A stretch of 64,000 bases of DNA from NCBI RefSeq assembly GCF_013149785.1, contig NZ_JABEZU010000004.1, positions 310,001 through 374,000 on the forward strand, written 5' to 3'. Below, one piece after another: positions 1 to 9,219 of the stretch (its first letter is position 1; the number at the start of each line of letters is the position of its first letter). This stretch comes from Isoptericola halotolerans. GTDB taxonomy: Bacteria; Actinomycetota; Actinomycetes; Actinomycetales; Cellulomonadaceae. The translations under genes and the position numbers were made by a program. The notes beneath the pieces were generated by a model, which was not told where the DNA came from, did not search any database, and saw nothing but the letters and a program-made list of their open reading frames with translations.

Positions 1-51
1 CGCGGTTCGAGCGGCTATGCGGTTGTGCGGCCGCTGGGGCCGCGCGTCAGT

Positions 52-312
52 CTACCCACGCGGTCCCGGGTGCCGGCCGCCGGCGGGTGCGGGGAGCCGT
101 TCCCGCGAGCGGTCGGTCAGGAGGAAGACCGCCGGGCCGACCACCGGCACGGCCAGGACGATCAGGAACCACAGCACGCCAGCGACGCCGGTCGCCCAGG
201 TGGAGGTCCACAGCTCCTTCAGCGCCCAGGCCGTCAACGCCAGCGCGGCGAGCGCGAGGACGGACCAGCCGACGTCGTAGGCGACCGGGGCGAACTGCGG
301 CAGGGGGTCCAC
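52..312 (-). CDS. Small membrane protein, PLDc N-terminal (PLD nuclease N-terminal) domain-like
   Basis: Two hydrophobic helices with a W-x-L-I-V-L-x-x-P-V-V-G-P pattern; GTG start 6 nt after TAGGCT (leaderless). Confidence 0.6.
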   Translation of the reverse strand: MDPLPQFAPVAYDVGWSVLALAALALTAWALKELWTSTWATGVAGVLWFLIVLAVPVVGPAVFLLTDRSRERLPAPAGGRHPGPRG

Positions 313-363
313 CCGACCAGCCTAGCGAGGCCCGGGTCCGCACGGTAGGACCGCCGCCCCACC

Positions 364-1272
364 TCAGCCGAGCTCGAGCTGGCGAGCGACGTCGACCATC
401 GCGTCGACGACGGCCCGTACCGCCGGCCCGGGCTCGTGCCGGGTGGCTCGGTGGCGCACGATGACCCGTCGCGACCCGAGGCCCGGCATCGCGACCACGT
501 CGACACCGTCGGGCAGCTCGCCGCTCTCGACGGCGAGCGCCGGCAGCATGGCGATGCCTTGCCCGGCGGCGACGAGCGCGAGCGCGGTGTCGAAGTCGAA
601 GTAGGCGTGCCGCGGCTCGAGCGTGGCCCCCAGGGAGCGGCCGAGGCGGCGCAGGGCGCGGTCTGCGGCGGTCCCGCCGACGGCACCGACCCATGGCAGG
701 TCGCGCAGGTCGTCGAGCCGTTCCGGCGTCGGCAGCGACACGGGCACCACGAGTCGCCAGGGCTCGTCGAGCAGCGGGATGTCGTGCGCACCGCGGGGGG
801 CGGGGGCGTCGACGTCGCCGTCGTGCTCCAGCAGCACGACGTCGAGGTCCCCGGCCCGGAGCATCCGCACCGACTCGGCGGGCTCGTGCTCGCGGACGTC
901 GATGGTGACCCCCGGGTGCTCCTCGGCGAGCGGTGCGAGCAGGGGCGCGACGACGGCGCGGATGGCGGACTGGAAGGCGCCGACCTTGACCGTTCCGGTG
1001 ACGCCCTCGCCGAGGTTCGCGATCTCCTGGCGCGCCTCGAGGAGCTCGGCCTCGATGCGTTCGGCCACGTCGGCGAGCACGCGCCCGGCGGGGGTGAGGC
1101 TGACTCCGCGGGGGCCTCGGTCGAGCACGGGGAAGCCCTCCTCGGACTCCAGACGCGCGATTTGCTGAGACACGGCAGAGGGCGTCACGTGCAAAAGATC
1201 TGCCGCGGCGAGGACGCCTCCGGCACGGTGCACGGCAAGGAGGAAGGCAAGCCTTCGTGGGTCGGTAGCCAT
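364..1272 (-). CDS. LysR-family transcriptional regulator
   Basis: N-terminal HTH AADLLHVTPSAVSQQIARLE...LTPAG followed by a LysR substrate-binding domain; 302 aa. Confidence 0.95.
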   Translation of the reverse strand: MATDPRRLAFLLAVHRAGGVLAAADLLHVTPSAVSQQIARLESEEGFPVLDRGPRGVSLTPAGRVLADVAERIEAELLEARQEIANLGEGVTGTVKVGAFQSAIRAVVAPLLAPLAEEHPGVTIDVREHEPAESVRMLRAGDLDVVLLEHDGDVDAPAPRGAHDIPLLDEPWRLVVPVSLPTPERLDDLRDLPWVGAVGGTAADRALRRLGRSLGATLEPRHAYFDFDTALALVAAGQGIAMLPALAVESGELPDGVDVVAMPGLGSRRVIVRHRATRHEPGPAVRAVVDAMVDVARQLELG

Positions 1273-1303
1273 GTAGCAATACTAAGTTGGTTCTGCAGAA
1301 ACA

Positions 1304-1318
1304 TTCAATTGCGCTGAA
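1304..1318. promoter_or_regulatory. Putative LysR binding box (TTCA-N7-TGAA)
   Basis: Dyad containing T-N11-A in the AT-rich gap between the divergent lysR and membrane-protein genes. Confidence 0.6.
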
Positions 1319-1412
1319 CGAGTTTCGTGTCGCACCATGGTCCACGGCGCCCGCCGGAGAACACTGCCCGAGGCCGGCGCACACCCCACCCATCCCCCGT
1401 GAGGAGGCTCGT

Positions 1413-1799
1413 ATGTCGCCGTACCTGTTGTTCGTGGTCACTGTTCTTGGTTGGGTCGGCGCGATCGTCGGCCTCATCGCCTACCTCCAGGTCTCACGGG
1501 GTCGCTGGGCCCCGACCTCGCTGCCGTTCCAGCTCTCGAACCTCTGCGCCACGTCGCTGATGTTCCTCGTGGCCGCGGTGAACGGCGTCTGGCCCTCGGC
1601 GGCGGCGAACATCGCCTGGATGGTCATCGGTGCCCAGGCGCTGCTGGTGATCGCCCGCGCCCGCCGCGCGGCCCGCCCGACGACGGTCGAGCTCCCGCTC
1701 GTGGCGGAGGACGTGGCGATCACGCGCATCGACGTGACGCCCGCCGAGCCCGCGGTCGAGCGCTTCGCGGTCGCCGCCCCCGCACCCGTGCTCCGCTGA
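1413..1799 (+). CDS. Small membrane protein, CBU_0592-like
   Basis: GAGGAGG RBS at 1401; LGWVGA..LIAY..VSRGRW...FQLSNL...WPSAAANIAW pattern with three TM segments. Confidence 0.7.
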   Translation: MSPYLLFVVTVLGWVGAIVGLIAYLQVSRGRWAPTSLPFQLSNLCATSLMFLVAAVNGVWPSAAANIAWMVIGAQALLVIARARRAARPTTVELPLVAEDVAITRIDVTPAEPAVERFAVAAPAPVLR

Positions 1800-1828
1800 T
1801 CGACTGATCCACGGGCGGGCGGCCCCGC

Positions 1829-2998
1829 TCAGAGGCTCTGCTGCCAGGCCACGATCCGGTCGACGGCACGCGTGACGACGTCCGGGGCGGCCGCGAACGA
1901 CAGCCGCACCCAGTCGTGGCCGCGCTCGCCGTCGAAGTCCGTGCCCGGCGTGATCGCGACGTCCGCCTCGGCCAGCAGGCGGGCGCAGTACGTCACCGAG
2001 TCCAGACCGAACCGGGACACGTTCCCGTAGAGGTAGAAGGCGCCGTCGGCCGGCGCCACGGGCCGCCACCCCAGCTCGCCGACACGGTCCAGCAGCGCGG
2101 TGCGGGACGCCGCGTAGCGCTCCACGTTCTCGGCGGCGGCCGCGTAGCCCGCGGCGGAGAAGGCCGCGATCCCCGCGTGCTGGGCGAGCGCCGGGGGAGA
2201 CAGGGCGACGTTGCCGGCCAGCGCGTCGACCGGCCCGACCAGCTCGTCGGGCAGCACCAACCACCCGAGCCGCCAGCCGGTCATCGCCCAGTACTTCGAG
2301 AACGAGTTCACGACGACGGCACCACGGTCGGTGTGCACGGCGGCCGTCGCCTGCTGGACGTCCTGGCTGTAGGCGATGCCGTGGTAGATCTCGTCACTGA
2401 TGAGCCGCACCTCGTGCTCGGCACACCAGCGGGCGACGGCGTCGAGCTCGGCCGGGGCGATCATCGTCCCGGTCGGGTTCGCGGGGGAGGCGACGATCAC
2501 ACCGTCCAGCCCTCCGCCGTAGTAGGCCTCCATGAGCTGGGAGACCGTCGGCTGGTAGCGGGTCTCGGGCCCGCAGTCGAGCTCGACGACCTCGCAGCCG
2601 AGCGCCGCGAGGATGTTCTTGTACGCCGGGTAGCCGGGCCGGGCGAGCGCCACCCGGTCCCCGACGTCGAAGGCGGCCAGGAACGCGAGGACGAACGCTC
2701 CGCTGGAGCCGGTGGTGACGGCGATCCGCGCCGGGTCCACCTCGACGTCGTACCAGCGGGCGTAGTGCCCGGCGATCTCGGCGCGCAACGCGGGCACGCC
2801 CCGCGCCTCGGTGTAGCCGAGGTCGCCGCGCCGCAGCAGGTCGGCCGCACGTTCGCGGACGACGTCGGCGGCGCCGGTGGACGGCTCCCCGGCGCACAGG
2901 TTGAGCACGTCGTGGCCGGCGGCCCGGCGCGCGTTGGCCGCGGCGAGCACCTCCATGACCGCGAACGGCGGGACGTGGCTGCGGCGGGAGACCTTCAT
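1829..2998 (-). CDS. PLP-dependent class I/II (aspartate-type) aminotransferase
   Basis: Motifs SPANPTG, ISDEIYHG, NSFSKYWAMTGWRLGW (PLP Lys) and GAFYLY. Confidence 0.93.
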   Translation of the reverse strand: MKVSRRSHVPPFAVMEVLAAANARRAAGHDVLNLCAGEPSTGAADVVRERAADLLRRGDLGYTEARGVPALRAEIAGHYARWYDVEVDPARIAVTTGSSGAFVLAFLAAFDVGDRVALARPGYPAYKNILAALGCEVVELDCGPETRYQPTVSQLMEAYYGGGLDGVIVASPANPTGTMIAPAELDAVARWCAEHEVRLISDEIYHGIAYSQDVQQATAAVHTDRGAVVVNSFSKYWAMTGWRLGWLVLPDELVGPVDALAGNVALSPPALAQHAGIAAFSAAGYAAAAENVERYAASRTALLDRVGELGWRPVAPADGAFYLYGNVSRFGLDSVTYCARLLAEADVAITPGTDFDGERGHDWVRLSFAAAPDVVTRAVDRIVAWQQSL

Positions 2999-3038
2999 GG
3001 GGACCATGATGCCGCGCGCGGCGCGCTGAGCGAGCCGG

Positions 3039-3392
3039 TCAGCGCGGGCACTCCTTCGCGATCTTCTTCTCGAGGTAGCCCTCGATGTCGCGCAGCTCGT
3101 CGATGCGCGTGCGCACCTGGGAGAGCTGCGCACCCAGGACCGTCTTCTTCTCCTCGACGGTCATCGAGCCGTCGTCCCAGTGCCGCAGCCGCCCGGCCAT
3201 CTCCCGCAGGGTGAACCCCACGAGCCGACCGAGCCTGATCAGCTGCAGCCGCTCGGAGGCGAGCGGGCTGAACGCACGGTAGCCGTTCGGTCGGCGAGCG
3301 ACGTGGCGGTGGTCGAAGAGCCCCAGCTTCTCGTAGTGCCGGATCGTCGCCGGGGTCAGGCCGTGGAGCGTGGCGAGCTCGTTGATCGACAT
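3039..3392 (-). CDS. MerR-family transcriptional regulator
   Basis: MSINELA...TIRHYEKLGL...NGYR...GFTLREM plus a C-terminal coiled coil. Confidence 0.92.
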   Translation of the reverse strand: MSINELATLHGLTPATIRHYEKLGLFDHRHVARRPNGYRAFSPLASERLQLIRLGRLVGFTLREMAGRLRHWDDGSMTVEEKKTVLGAQLSQVRTRIDELRDIEGYLEKKIAKECPR

Positions 3393-3394
3393 GG

Positions 3395-3425
3395 TTGACC
3401 TTGCAGCAGCTGCATGGTTCATGGT
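3395..3425 (+). promoter_or_regulatory. MerR-type promoter/operator
   Basis: -35 TTGACC, 19-bp spacer, -10 CATGGT; dyad ACCTTGCAGC-A-GCTGCATGGT (9/10 paired) across the spacer. Confidence 0.8.
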
Positions 3426-3463
3426 CGGCAGTGTCGCACGACACATCCCGACCAGGAGGTCCG

Positions 3464-3802
3464 ATGAAAGAGCTCGCACCGACCCGTGCCGTGGCGCTGG
3501 CACTGAGCGCCGCCACCTTCGCCTTCTTGTTCATCCACGACACCTTCCGGCTGGACAACCTCTTCCTCGTCCCCGACCTGCTGCTGTGTCTCGTGCTCGT
3601 GATCGGGGCGCTGCTCCCTCGGCGATCGGCCCGGCCGGTGCTCCTCGCCGGCTTCGCTGCCGCCGCGGCGGTCTTCAGCGTCTCCGTCGCCTCCTACGCC
3701 GTGCGGGGAGACCTGGGGCTGGCGAGCCTCCTCGGCGTGGTCCTCAGCCTGGCGATGGTGGTGCTCCTGACCCGCGCGCTCGCCGTCGAGCAGAAGCCGT
3801 GA
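3464..3802 (+). CDS. Small four-helix membrane protein
   Basis: AGGAGG RBS; hydrophobic 112 aa; stop overlaps the next start (GTGA). Confidence 0.75.
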   Translation: MKELAPTRAVALALSAATFAFLFIHDTFRLDNLFLVPDLLLCLVLVIGALLPRRSARPVLLAGFAAAAAVFSVSVASYAVRGDLGLASLLGVVLSLAMVVLLTRALAVEQKP

Positions 3803-5016
3803 CGCACACGAAGTCCCTGCCCCGCGCCGTGCGACGGGCGACACGGGTGTCGATGGCGGCGCTCGCCGCGCTGGTCGCCGCCGTGCTCGCACTCGTCCTC
3901 TTCTTCCCGCCTCCAGGCGGCTCGTTCCATCCCACCGCCTGGTCGCCCGGTCCCGGCTTCTCGGTCGACGAGGCGAAGGTCGACCGCGACCTCGCCGGGA
4001 CGACGACGCCGTACGTCGGGGAAGCCGTCCGCGGCCCGGAGGACATCGAGATCGACGAGCACGGCCGTCCGTACACCGGGACCCAGGACGGCAAGATCGT
4101 CCGTGTGCTGCCCTCGGGCGACACCGAGGTCCTCGCCGAGGTGGGCGGGCGACCGCTCGGCCTCGCGTTCGGCCACGGGGGCGACCTGCTCGTCGCCAAC
4201 CATGGGATCGGCCTGCAGAGCGTCTCGCCCCAGGGGGAGGTGGCTGTGCTCACGACCAGGGCCGGCGGACGTGCGATCCGCTCCGCGAACGACGTCGCGG
4301 TGGGCAGCGACGGCACGGTCTACCTCTCCGACTCGAACCCGAAGTACAACAGCACCGAGATCCCGGGCCTCGCCTCGTACTCGCTGTACGACTTCCTGGA
4401 AGGGCGCGCAGCCGGCCGGGTGATCGCGTACGACCCGACGTCCGGACAGAGCACCGAGCTCGTCACGGACCTCCACTTCCCCAACGGCATCCTGCTCAGC
4501 GAGGACGAGACCGCACTGCTGGTCACGGAGTCCACGCGCTACCGGATCAGCCGGCACTGGATCGCCGGGGACCGAGCCGGTGAACGGGAGACCTTCCTCG
4601 ACGACGTCCCGGGCATCCTCGACGGCATCACCCGGGACGAATCAGGCCTGATCCACCTGCCCATGTACGACCGCGTCGACGCGCTCGACAGGTTCGTCCT
4701 GCCCGGCACGCTGCTCCGGCACGTCACGGTCCGGCTACCTCCCGCCGTCCTCGGTGCCCGGGAACCACTGTCGGGCTCCATCCTCACGGTCGACGCCGAG
4801 GGGGAGACGGTCCGTCAGCTCACCGGCTTCCACCCCGCCGTGTCGAACATCGCACTGCTGGACGGCGCGTACCTCCTGGGAACCCTCGAGGGTGCCGGCC
4901 TGCGCACCGTGACCGTCCCGCACCGCTCGAGCGCAGCAGCCGCAGGCAGCGGGCACACGACCTGCTCGTCCGCGCACCTCTGGGTACCGTGGCCGCATGG
5001 AAGCGCACCGGCGTGA
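3799..5016 (+). CDS. SMP-30/gluconolactonase/strictosidine-synthase-like beta-propeller protein, membrane anchored
   Basis: Motifs GPEDI, GRPLGL, ANDV, LHFPNGI, ESTRYRI and PGILDGI; N-terminal TM anchor. Confidence 0.85.
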   Translation: MTHTKSLPRAVRRATRVSMAALAALVAAVLALVLFFPPPGGSFHPTAWSPGPGFSVDEAKVDRDLAGTTTPYVGEAVRGPEDIEIDEHGRPYTGTQDGKIVRVLPSGDTEVLAEVGGRPLGLAFGHGGDLLVANHGIGLQSVSPQGEVAVLTTRAGGRAIRSANDVAVGSDGTVYLSDSNPKYNSTEIPGLASYSLYDFLEGRAAGRVIAYDPTSGQSTELVTDLHFPNGILLSEDETALLVTESTRYRISRHWIAGDRAGERETFLDDVPGILDGITRDESGLIHLPMYDRVDALDRFVLPGTLLRHVTVRLPPAVLGAREPLSGSILTVDAEGETVRQLTGFHPAVSNIALLDGAYLLGTLEGAGLRTVTVPHRSSAAAAGSGHTTCSSAHLWVPWPHGSAPA

Positions 5017-5560
5017 GCGTCACCCCGTCGATCCGGGCGGCCAGGCCGCGGACCAGGACCCGGCCCGCCGGGCCGCGCAGTACCGCGTGGACCGCGAGAT
5101 CGCTCGCGAGCAGGCCGGACAAGGACGGGACGGCGGTTCACCGGACGCCCTGGACGCACCGGACGCACCTCCACGCCGCCGGATGGACGACCGCGCCCTG
5201 TGGGTCGACACGGTCGTCGACCAGGCGATGCGTCGCGGCGAGTTCGACGACCTGCCCCTGCAGGGCAAGCCGCTGCCCGGCATCGGCGGCAGCCACGACC
5301 CCGACTGGTGGTTGAAGAACCTGGTCGAGCGCGAGCAGATCACCGGGCTGCTGCCCGCTGCGCAGCTGCGCGCGGAGCACTCCGCGATGGACGCGACGCT
5401 GGACCAGGAGCACGACGAGCAGCGCGTCCGGGAGATCGTCGCGGACTTCAACGCCCGGGTGATCGACGCGCGGCGCCAGCTCACCGGCGGTCCGCCGGTC
5501 GTCACCCCGACCCGTGACGTGGAGCGCGAGGTGTCCCGCTGGCGCCAGCGGCGTCGGTAG
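4997..5560 (+). CDS. DUF1992 (DnaJ-associated) domain protein
   Basis: AMRRGEFDDLPLQGKPLP...DPDWWLK motif. Confidence 0.85.
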   Translation: MEAHRRERHPVDPGGQAADQDPARRAAQYRVDREIAREQAGQGRDGGSPDALDAPDAPPRRRMDDRALWVDTVVDQAMRRGEFDDLPLQGKPLPGIGGSHDPDWWLKNLVEREQITGLLPAAQLRAEHSAMDATLDQEHDEQRVREIVADFNARVIDARRQLTGGPPVVTPTRDVEREVSRWRQRRR

Positions 5561-5570
5561 TCTCGCCCGC

Positions 5571-6374
5571 ATGACCTGCACCGCCGCCGAGCTCGTGACG
5601 CGCACGACGTCGGCCCTCAGGCTGCGCGCCCGCCCGACGACGGTCGACGGGCTGGTCGCGGGCGACCCCTCCGCCGTCGTCCGGGGCGTGGCCGTGACCA
5701 CCCTGGCCTCCCTGGAGGTCCTCGATCGGGCGGTGGCCGTCGGCGCGAACGTCGTGGTGACGCACGAGCCCCTCTTCTACGACCACCAGGGCGCCGCGAC
5801 GGCGGACCTGGTCCGTGAGTCGGACCCCGTGCACGCCGCCAAGGCCGCGCTCGTCGCGGAGCACGGGCTGGTGGTGTGGCGGATGCACGACGCCTGGCAC
5901 GACCGCCGTCCCGACGGCATCGACGACGGCACGGCCCGGGCGCTGGGCTGGACGCTGGACCCGCAGGGCGCGGCGACCGGCGTCGCCTGGTGCGACGTCC
6001 CGACGACGACGGTGGGCGCGCTGGCCCGGCACGTCGCCGACACGCTCGGCTCGACGCAGACGCGCTACGTGGGCGACCCGCACCGCACGGTGCGTCGCGT
6101 CGGCCTCGACCTCGGTTTCCGCGGGTTCGCGCGCAACCGCGCCCTGCTCGGGTCGGCCGGGATCGACGCCGTGGTGGTGGGGGAGGCGCACGAGTGGGAG
6201 ACCGTCTCGTACGCCACGGACCGTGCCCGGCTGGGCGGCGCCGGCCTCGTCGTGGCCGGCCACCTGCCCAGCGAGCAGGCGGGGATGAGGCTGTTCGCCG
6301 ACGAGCTGCGCGCCGTCGTGCCGGGCCTGCCGGTGGCCTTCCTGCCGACGCCGGACCTGCTGACGGCGGTGTGA
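5571..6374 (+). CDS. Nif3-like dinuclear metal-centre protein
   Basis: VVTHEPLFY, WRMHDAWH, GEAHEWE and GHLPSE motifs. Confidence 0.85.
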   Translation: MTCTAAELVTRTTSALRLRARPTTVDGLVAGDPSAVVRGVAVTTLASLEVLDRAVAVGANVVVTHEPLFYDHQGAATADLVRESDPVHAAKAALVAEHGLVVWRMHDAWHDRRPDGIDDGTARALGWTLDPQGAATGVAWCDVPTTTVGALARHVADTLGSTQTRYVGDPHRTVRRVGLDLGFRGFARNRALLGSAGIDAVVVGEAHEWETVSYATDRARLGGAGLVVAGHLPSEQAGMRLFADELRAVVPGLPVAFLPTPDLLTAV

Positions 6375-6424
6375 GAAGCGCCCGCCGGGTCGCGCGCGCC
6401 CGGCGCGCGGCCTAGGTTTCCGGC

Positions 6425-7513
6425 ATGCAGGAACCTCTCGTGGCACCCGGGCCGACGGCGGCACGCGGCTGGGAGCCCGACCTCCTGGAGGGCTACGAGC
6501 GACGCACCCTGGAGCTGGCGCCGGACTTCGAGGGGGACGTCGTCGCCACCCTGGTGCGGCCGCGCCGGGACGCACCACCGGCCGACGACGCGGGCGTCGA
6601 CCTGGTGTACGTCCACGGCTGGACCGACTACTTCTTCCAGACCCACCTGGCGGACTTCTGGGAGGGTCTGGGTGTCCGGTTCCACGCGCTGGACCTGCGC
6701 AAGTACGGCCGGAGCCTGCGCCCGCACCACACGCCGGGCTTCGTCACGAGCCTGCGCACGTACGACGAGGACATCGAGGCGGCGCTGGCCGAGATCGGCC
6801 ACGGCCCGCGCGACCGGACGGACCGACGGCTGGTGCTCATGGGGCACTCCACGGGCGGCCTCGTCCTCAGCCTCTGGACGCACCACCGGCCGGGCCGTGC
6901 GGACGCTCTGATCCTGAACAGCCCGTGGCTGGAGTTCCAGACGCGCAAGGTCGGCCGCCTCGTGCTGGAGCCGAGCATCCGGGCGCAGGCGGCCATCGCA
7001 CCACGCAGCCACCTGGTGAACCTCGACCTCGGCTTCTACGCGCGCTCGATCTCCGCCCGGCACGACGGCGCGTGGGAGGTCGACCCCGCCTGGCGGCCCG
7101 ACGACGGCTGGCGCACCACGCCTGCCTGGTTGGCGGCGATCTTCTCGGGCCACGACCGGGTCTCGCGGGGGCTGTCGATCGACGTGCCCGTCCTCGTGCT
7201 CCTCTCCGCCCGCTCGACGCCGCCGGTGCGGTGGTCGGACGAGATGATGCGCACCGACACCGTGCTCGACGTCGCCGGGGTGGCGGCGCGGGTGCCGCAG
7301 CTCGGCCCGCTCACCACCCTGGCCCGCATCGACGGTGCCCTGCACGACGTGACCCTGTCCGCACCCGAGGTGCGCGACGCGGTGTGGTTCGAGACCACCC
7401 GCTGGTTCCGCGCGTACGTCCCGCCGCTCCCGGCTCCCGAGCCGGCGCCGGGACCGCGGGGCTGGCGTCGCTGGTTCTCCGGGCGGTTCCCGGCTCGGAC
7501 CCCCAGGGGCTAG
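6425..7513 (+). CDS. Alpha/beta hydrolase (lysophospholipase-like)
   Basis: HGWTDYF, DLRKYGRS, nucleophile GHSTGG and ALHDV. Confidence 0.9.
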   Translation: MQEPLVAPGPTAARGWEPDLLEGYERRTLELAPDFEGDVVATLVRPRRDAPPADDAGVDLVYVHGWTDYFFQTHLADFWEGLGVRFHALDLRKYGRSLRPHHTPGFVTSLRTYDEDIEAALAEIGHGPRDRTDRRLVLMGHSTGGLVLSLWTHHRPGRADALILNSPWLEFQTRKVGRLVLEPSIRAQAAIAPRSHLVNLDLGFYARSISARHDGAWEVDPAWRPDDGWRTTPAWLAAIFSGHDRVSRGLSIDVPVLVLLSARSTPPVRWSDEMMRTDTVLDVAGVAARVPQLGPLTTLARIDGALHDVTLSAPEVRDAVWFETTRWFRAYVPPLPAPEPAPGPRGWRRWFSGRFPARTPRG

Positions 7514-8025
7514 CGGCCGTCGAGCACCGTCCGGACGTGCTCGACGATGCCGTCGGCGGCCGTCTCGATCTCGGCGAGGCAGTCCTCGAACCCGTCCTGG
7601 TCCCCGTACCAGGGGTCGTCGACGTCGAGCACGGACTCGTCGTCGCCCTCCGGGACGGTCGGGGCTGCCGGGTCGAACGACCTGTACATCCTGATGTCGG
7701 CGTCTGTACCGTTCGCGAGGCGCCGCAGGAACTGGACGTGCCGCGCGGTCATGGCGAGCACGAGGTCACGCTCGCCGAGCTGCTCGGCACGGACCCGCCG
7801 GGCGCGGTGCCCCTCACCCGTGGGGTAGCCGTGGGCGGCCAGCACCCGGCGCGCCCGCGGGTCCACCGGGTTGCCGTGCTCCTCGTCGCTGATCCCGGTC
7901 GAGTCGACCTGGACCTCCTCCAGGCCCGCCGCCGCGAGCCGGTCGCGGAGCACCACCTGGGCCATGGGGGACCGGCAGATGTTCCCGGTGCAGACGGTCA
8001 TCACGCGAAAGGTCTCTGGGCTCAC
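7510..8025 (-). CDS. Low-molecular-weight protein-tyrosine phosphatase
   Basis: P-loop VCTGNICRSPMA and DPWYG; start position approximate. Confidence 0.92.
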   Translation of the reverse strand: MSPETFRVMTVCTGNICRSPMAQVVLRDRLAAAGLEEVQVDSTGISDEEHGNPVDPRARRVLAAHGYPTGEGHRARRVRAEQLGERDLVLAMTARHVQFLRRLANGTDADIRMYRSFDPAAPTVPEGDDESVLDVDDPWYGDQDGFEDCLAEIETAADGIVEHVRTVLDGR

Positions 8026-8086
8026 GCCCACATGCTCGCAGATCCCCGCCCGGGCGGGTCGGCAGCCCGCCGCGTAGCGTTGTTGC

Positions 8087-9013
8087 ATGAGGTGGTCTGC
8101 GGACGGTCTGATCGCGGTGACGGGTGCGTCGGGACGGCTGGGCTCGCGTCTCGCGTTCCGGCTGGCCGCCGAAGGAGCGCACCAGCGTCTGGTGGTGCGC
8201 GACCCCACGCGGGTGCCACGCCTGGGTGACGGCCGTCCGCTGCCCGAGTGCGAGGTCGCCGTCGCCGACGGCTACGAGGACGTCGCGGGCATGCGAGCGG
8301 CGTTCGACGGGGTACCCACGGCCTTCCTCGTGAGCGCCCGCGAGTCCGCGGACCGGGTGGCCGTGCACACCGCGGCCATCGACGCCGCGGTCGCCGCCGG
8401 CGTCGAGCGCCTGGTGTACGTCTCGTTCGTCGGTGCCGCGCCGGACGCCACGTTCACCTTCGCCCGGCACCACTGGGCGACGGAGCAGCACCTGCGGCGC
8501 AGCGGGCTGCGGTGGACGATCCTGCGCGACAACCTGTACCACCAGGCGTTGGCGAGCTTCGTGGGTACCGACGACGTGATCCGCGGCCCGGCGGGTGACG
8601 GCCTGGTGGCCTCCGTGGCGCACGACGACGTCGCGGACGTCGCGACCGCGGTCCTCCTGGACGAGGACCCCCACCGGCACGACGGCGTGACGTACGACGT
8701 GACCGGGCCGATCGCCCTGAGCCTGACGCAGGTCGCGGCGCTGCTCACCCTGGCGACAGGACGCCAGATCCGGTACCACGCGGAGACCGTCGAGGAGGCG
8801 TACGCGTCCCGGGCAGGTCTCGGGGCCTCGGACGTCGAGCTCGAGGGGTGGGTGACGTCCTACACGGCCATCGCGGCCGGGGAGCTGGAGCACGTGTCGC
8901 ACGACGTCTCGCGCCTGGTCGGGCGCCCGGCCCGCTCGTTCGAGCAGTGGATCGACGACTACCCGCTCGAGTGGCAGCACCTGGTGCACGGCGGTCGGGC
9001 GGGGCCGGGCTGA
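8087..9013 (+). CDS. Atypical SDR / NmrA-like NAD(P)H-binding oxidoreductase
   Basis: VTGASGRLG Rossmann motif, HWATEQHLRRSGL and DVADVA. Confidence 0.88.
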   Translation: MRWSADGLIAVTGASGRLGSRLAFRLAAEGAHQRLVVRDPTRVPRLGDGRPLPECEVAVADGYEDVAGMRAAFDGVPTAFLVSARESADRVAVHTAAIDAAVAAGVERLVYVSFVGAAPDATFTFARHHWATEQHLRRSGLRWTILRDNLYHQALASFVGTDDVIRGPAGDGLVASVAHDDVADVATAVLLDEDPHRHDGVTYDVTGPIALSLTQVAALLTLATGRQIRYHAETVEEAYASRAGLGASDVELEGWVTSYTAIAAGELEHVSHDVSRLVGRPARSFEQWIDDYPLEWQHLVHGGRAGPG

Positions 9014-9031
9014 AGGGGCACCGTAATTCCC

Positions 9032-9060
9032 TTGGCACGCTCCGCCGTCGGGCATAGCGT
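9032..9060 (+). promoter_or_regulatory. Sigma70-type promoter of a standalone small transcript
   Basis: TTGGCA-17 bp-TAGCGT. Confidence 0.65.
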
Positions 9061-9066
9061 CGTGCT

Positions 9067-9210
9067 CACCAACGAAGGGAGGTGATCCGAGAAGTGAAGA
9101 CTCTTCGGACCAGCGAGGTGGTCGCGGGCTGAGTCCCGTGACCACCGGGACCCGCGGGTGCCGTGCCATCGTCCAGCACGGCGGGAGAAGACTCCGACCC
9201 GCGGGTCTTT
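9067..9210 (+). ncRNA. Candidate structured small RNA / micro-ORF mRNA (~145 nt)
   Basis: Three consecutive paired elements (9086-9109, 9117-9146, and 9148-9209 with two internal hairpins) ending in TTT; has its own promoter; the next gene is convergent. Confidence 0.6.
9094..9132 (+). CDS. Putative 12-aa micropeptide MKTLRTSEVVAG
   Basis: GTG start preceded by an extended SD, GGAGGTGATCC (9078-9088); TGA stop in a hairpin loop. Confidence 0.5.
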   Translation: MKTLRTSEVVAG

Positions 9211-9219
9211 CCGTGCCTG

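Noticed and set aside
1829..2998. This aminotransferase as the missing lysine aminotransferase of the cluster
   Set aside because: It lies about 30 kb away, looks like an ordinary aspartate-type enzyme and has no Zur-like box.
9075..9088. AAGGGAGGTGATCC as a 16S rRNA fragment
   Set aside because: The match stops after GATCC (16S would continue AGCCGCA), so it is better read as an extended SD sequence.
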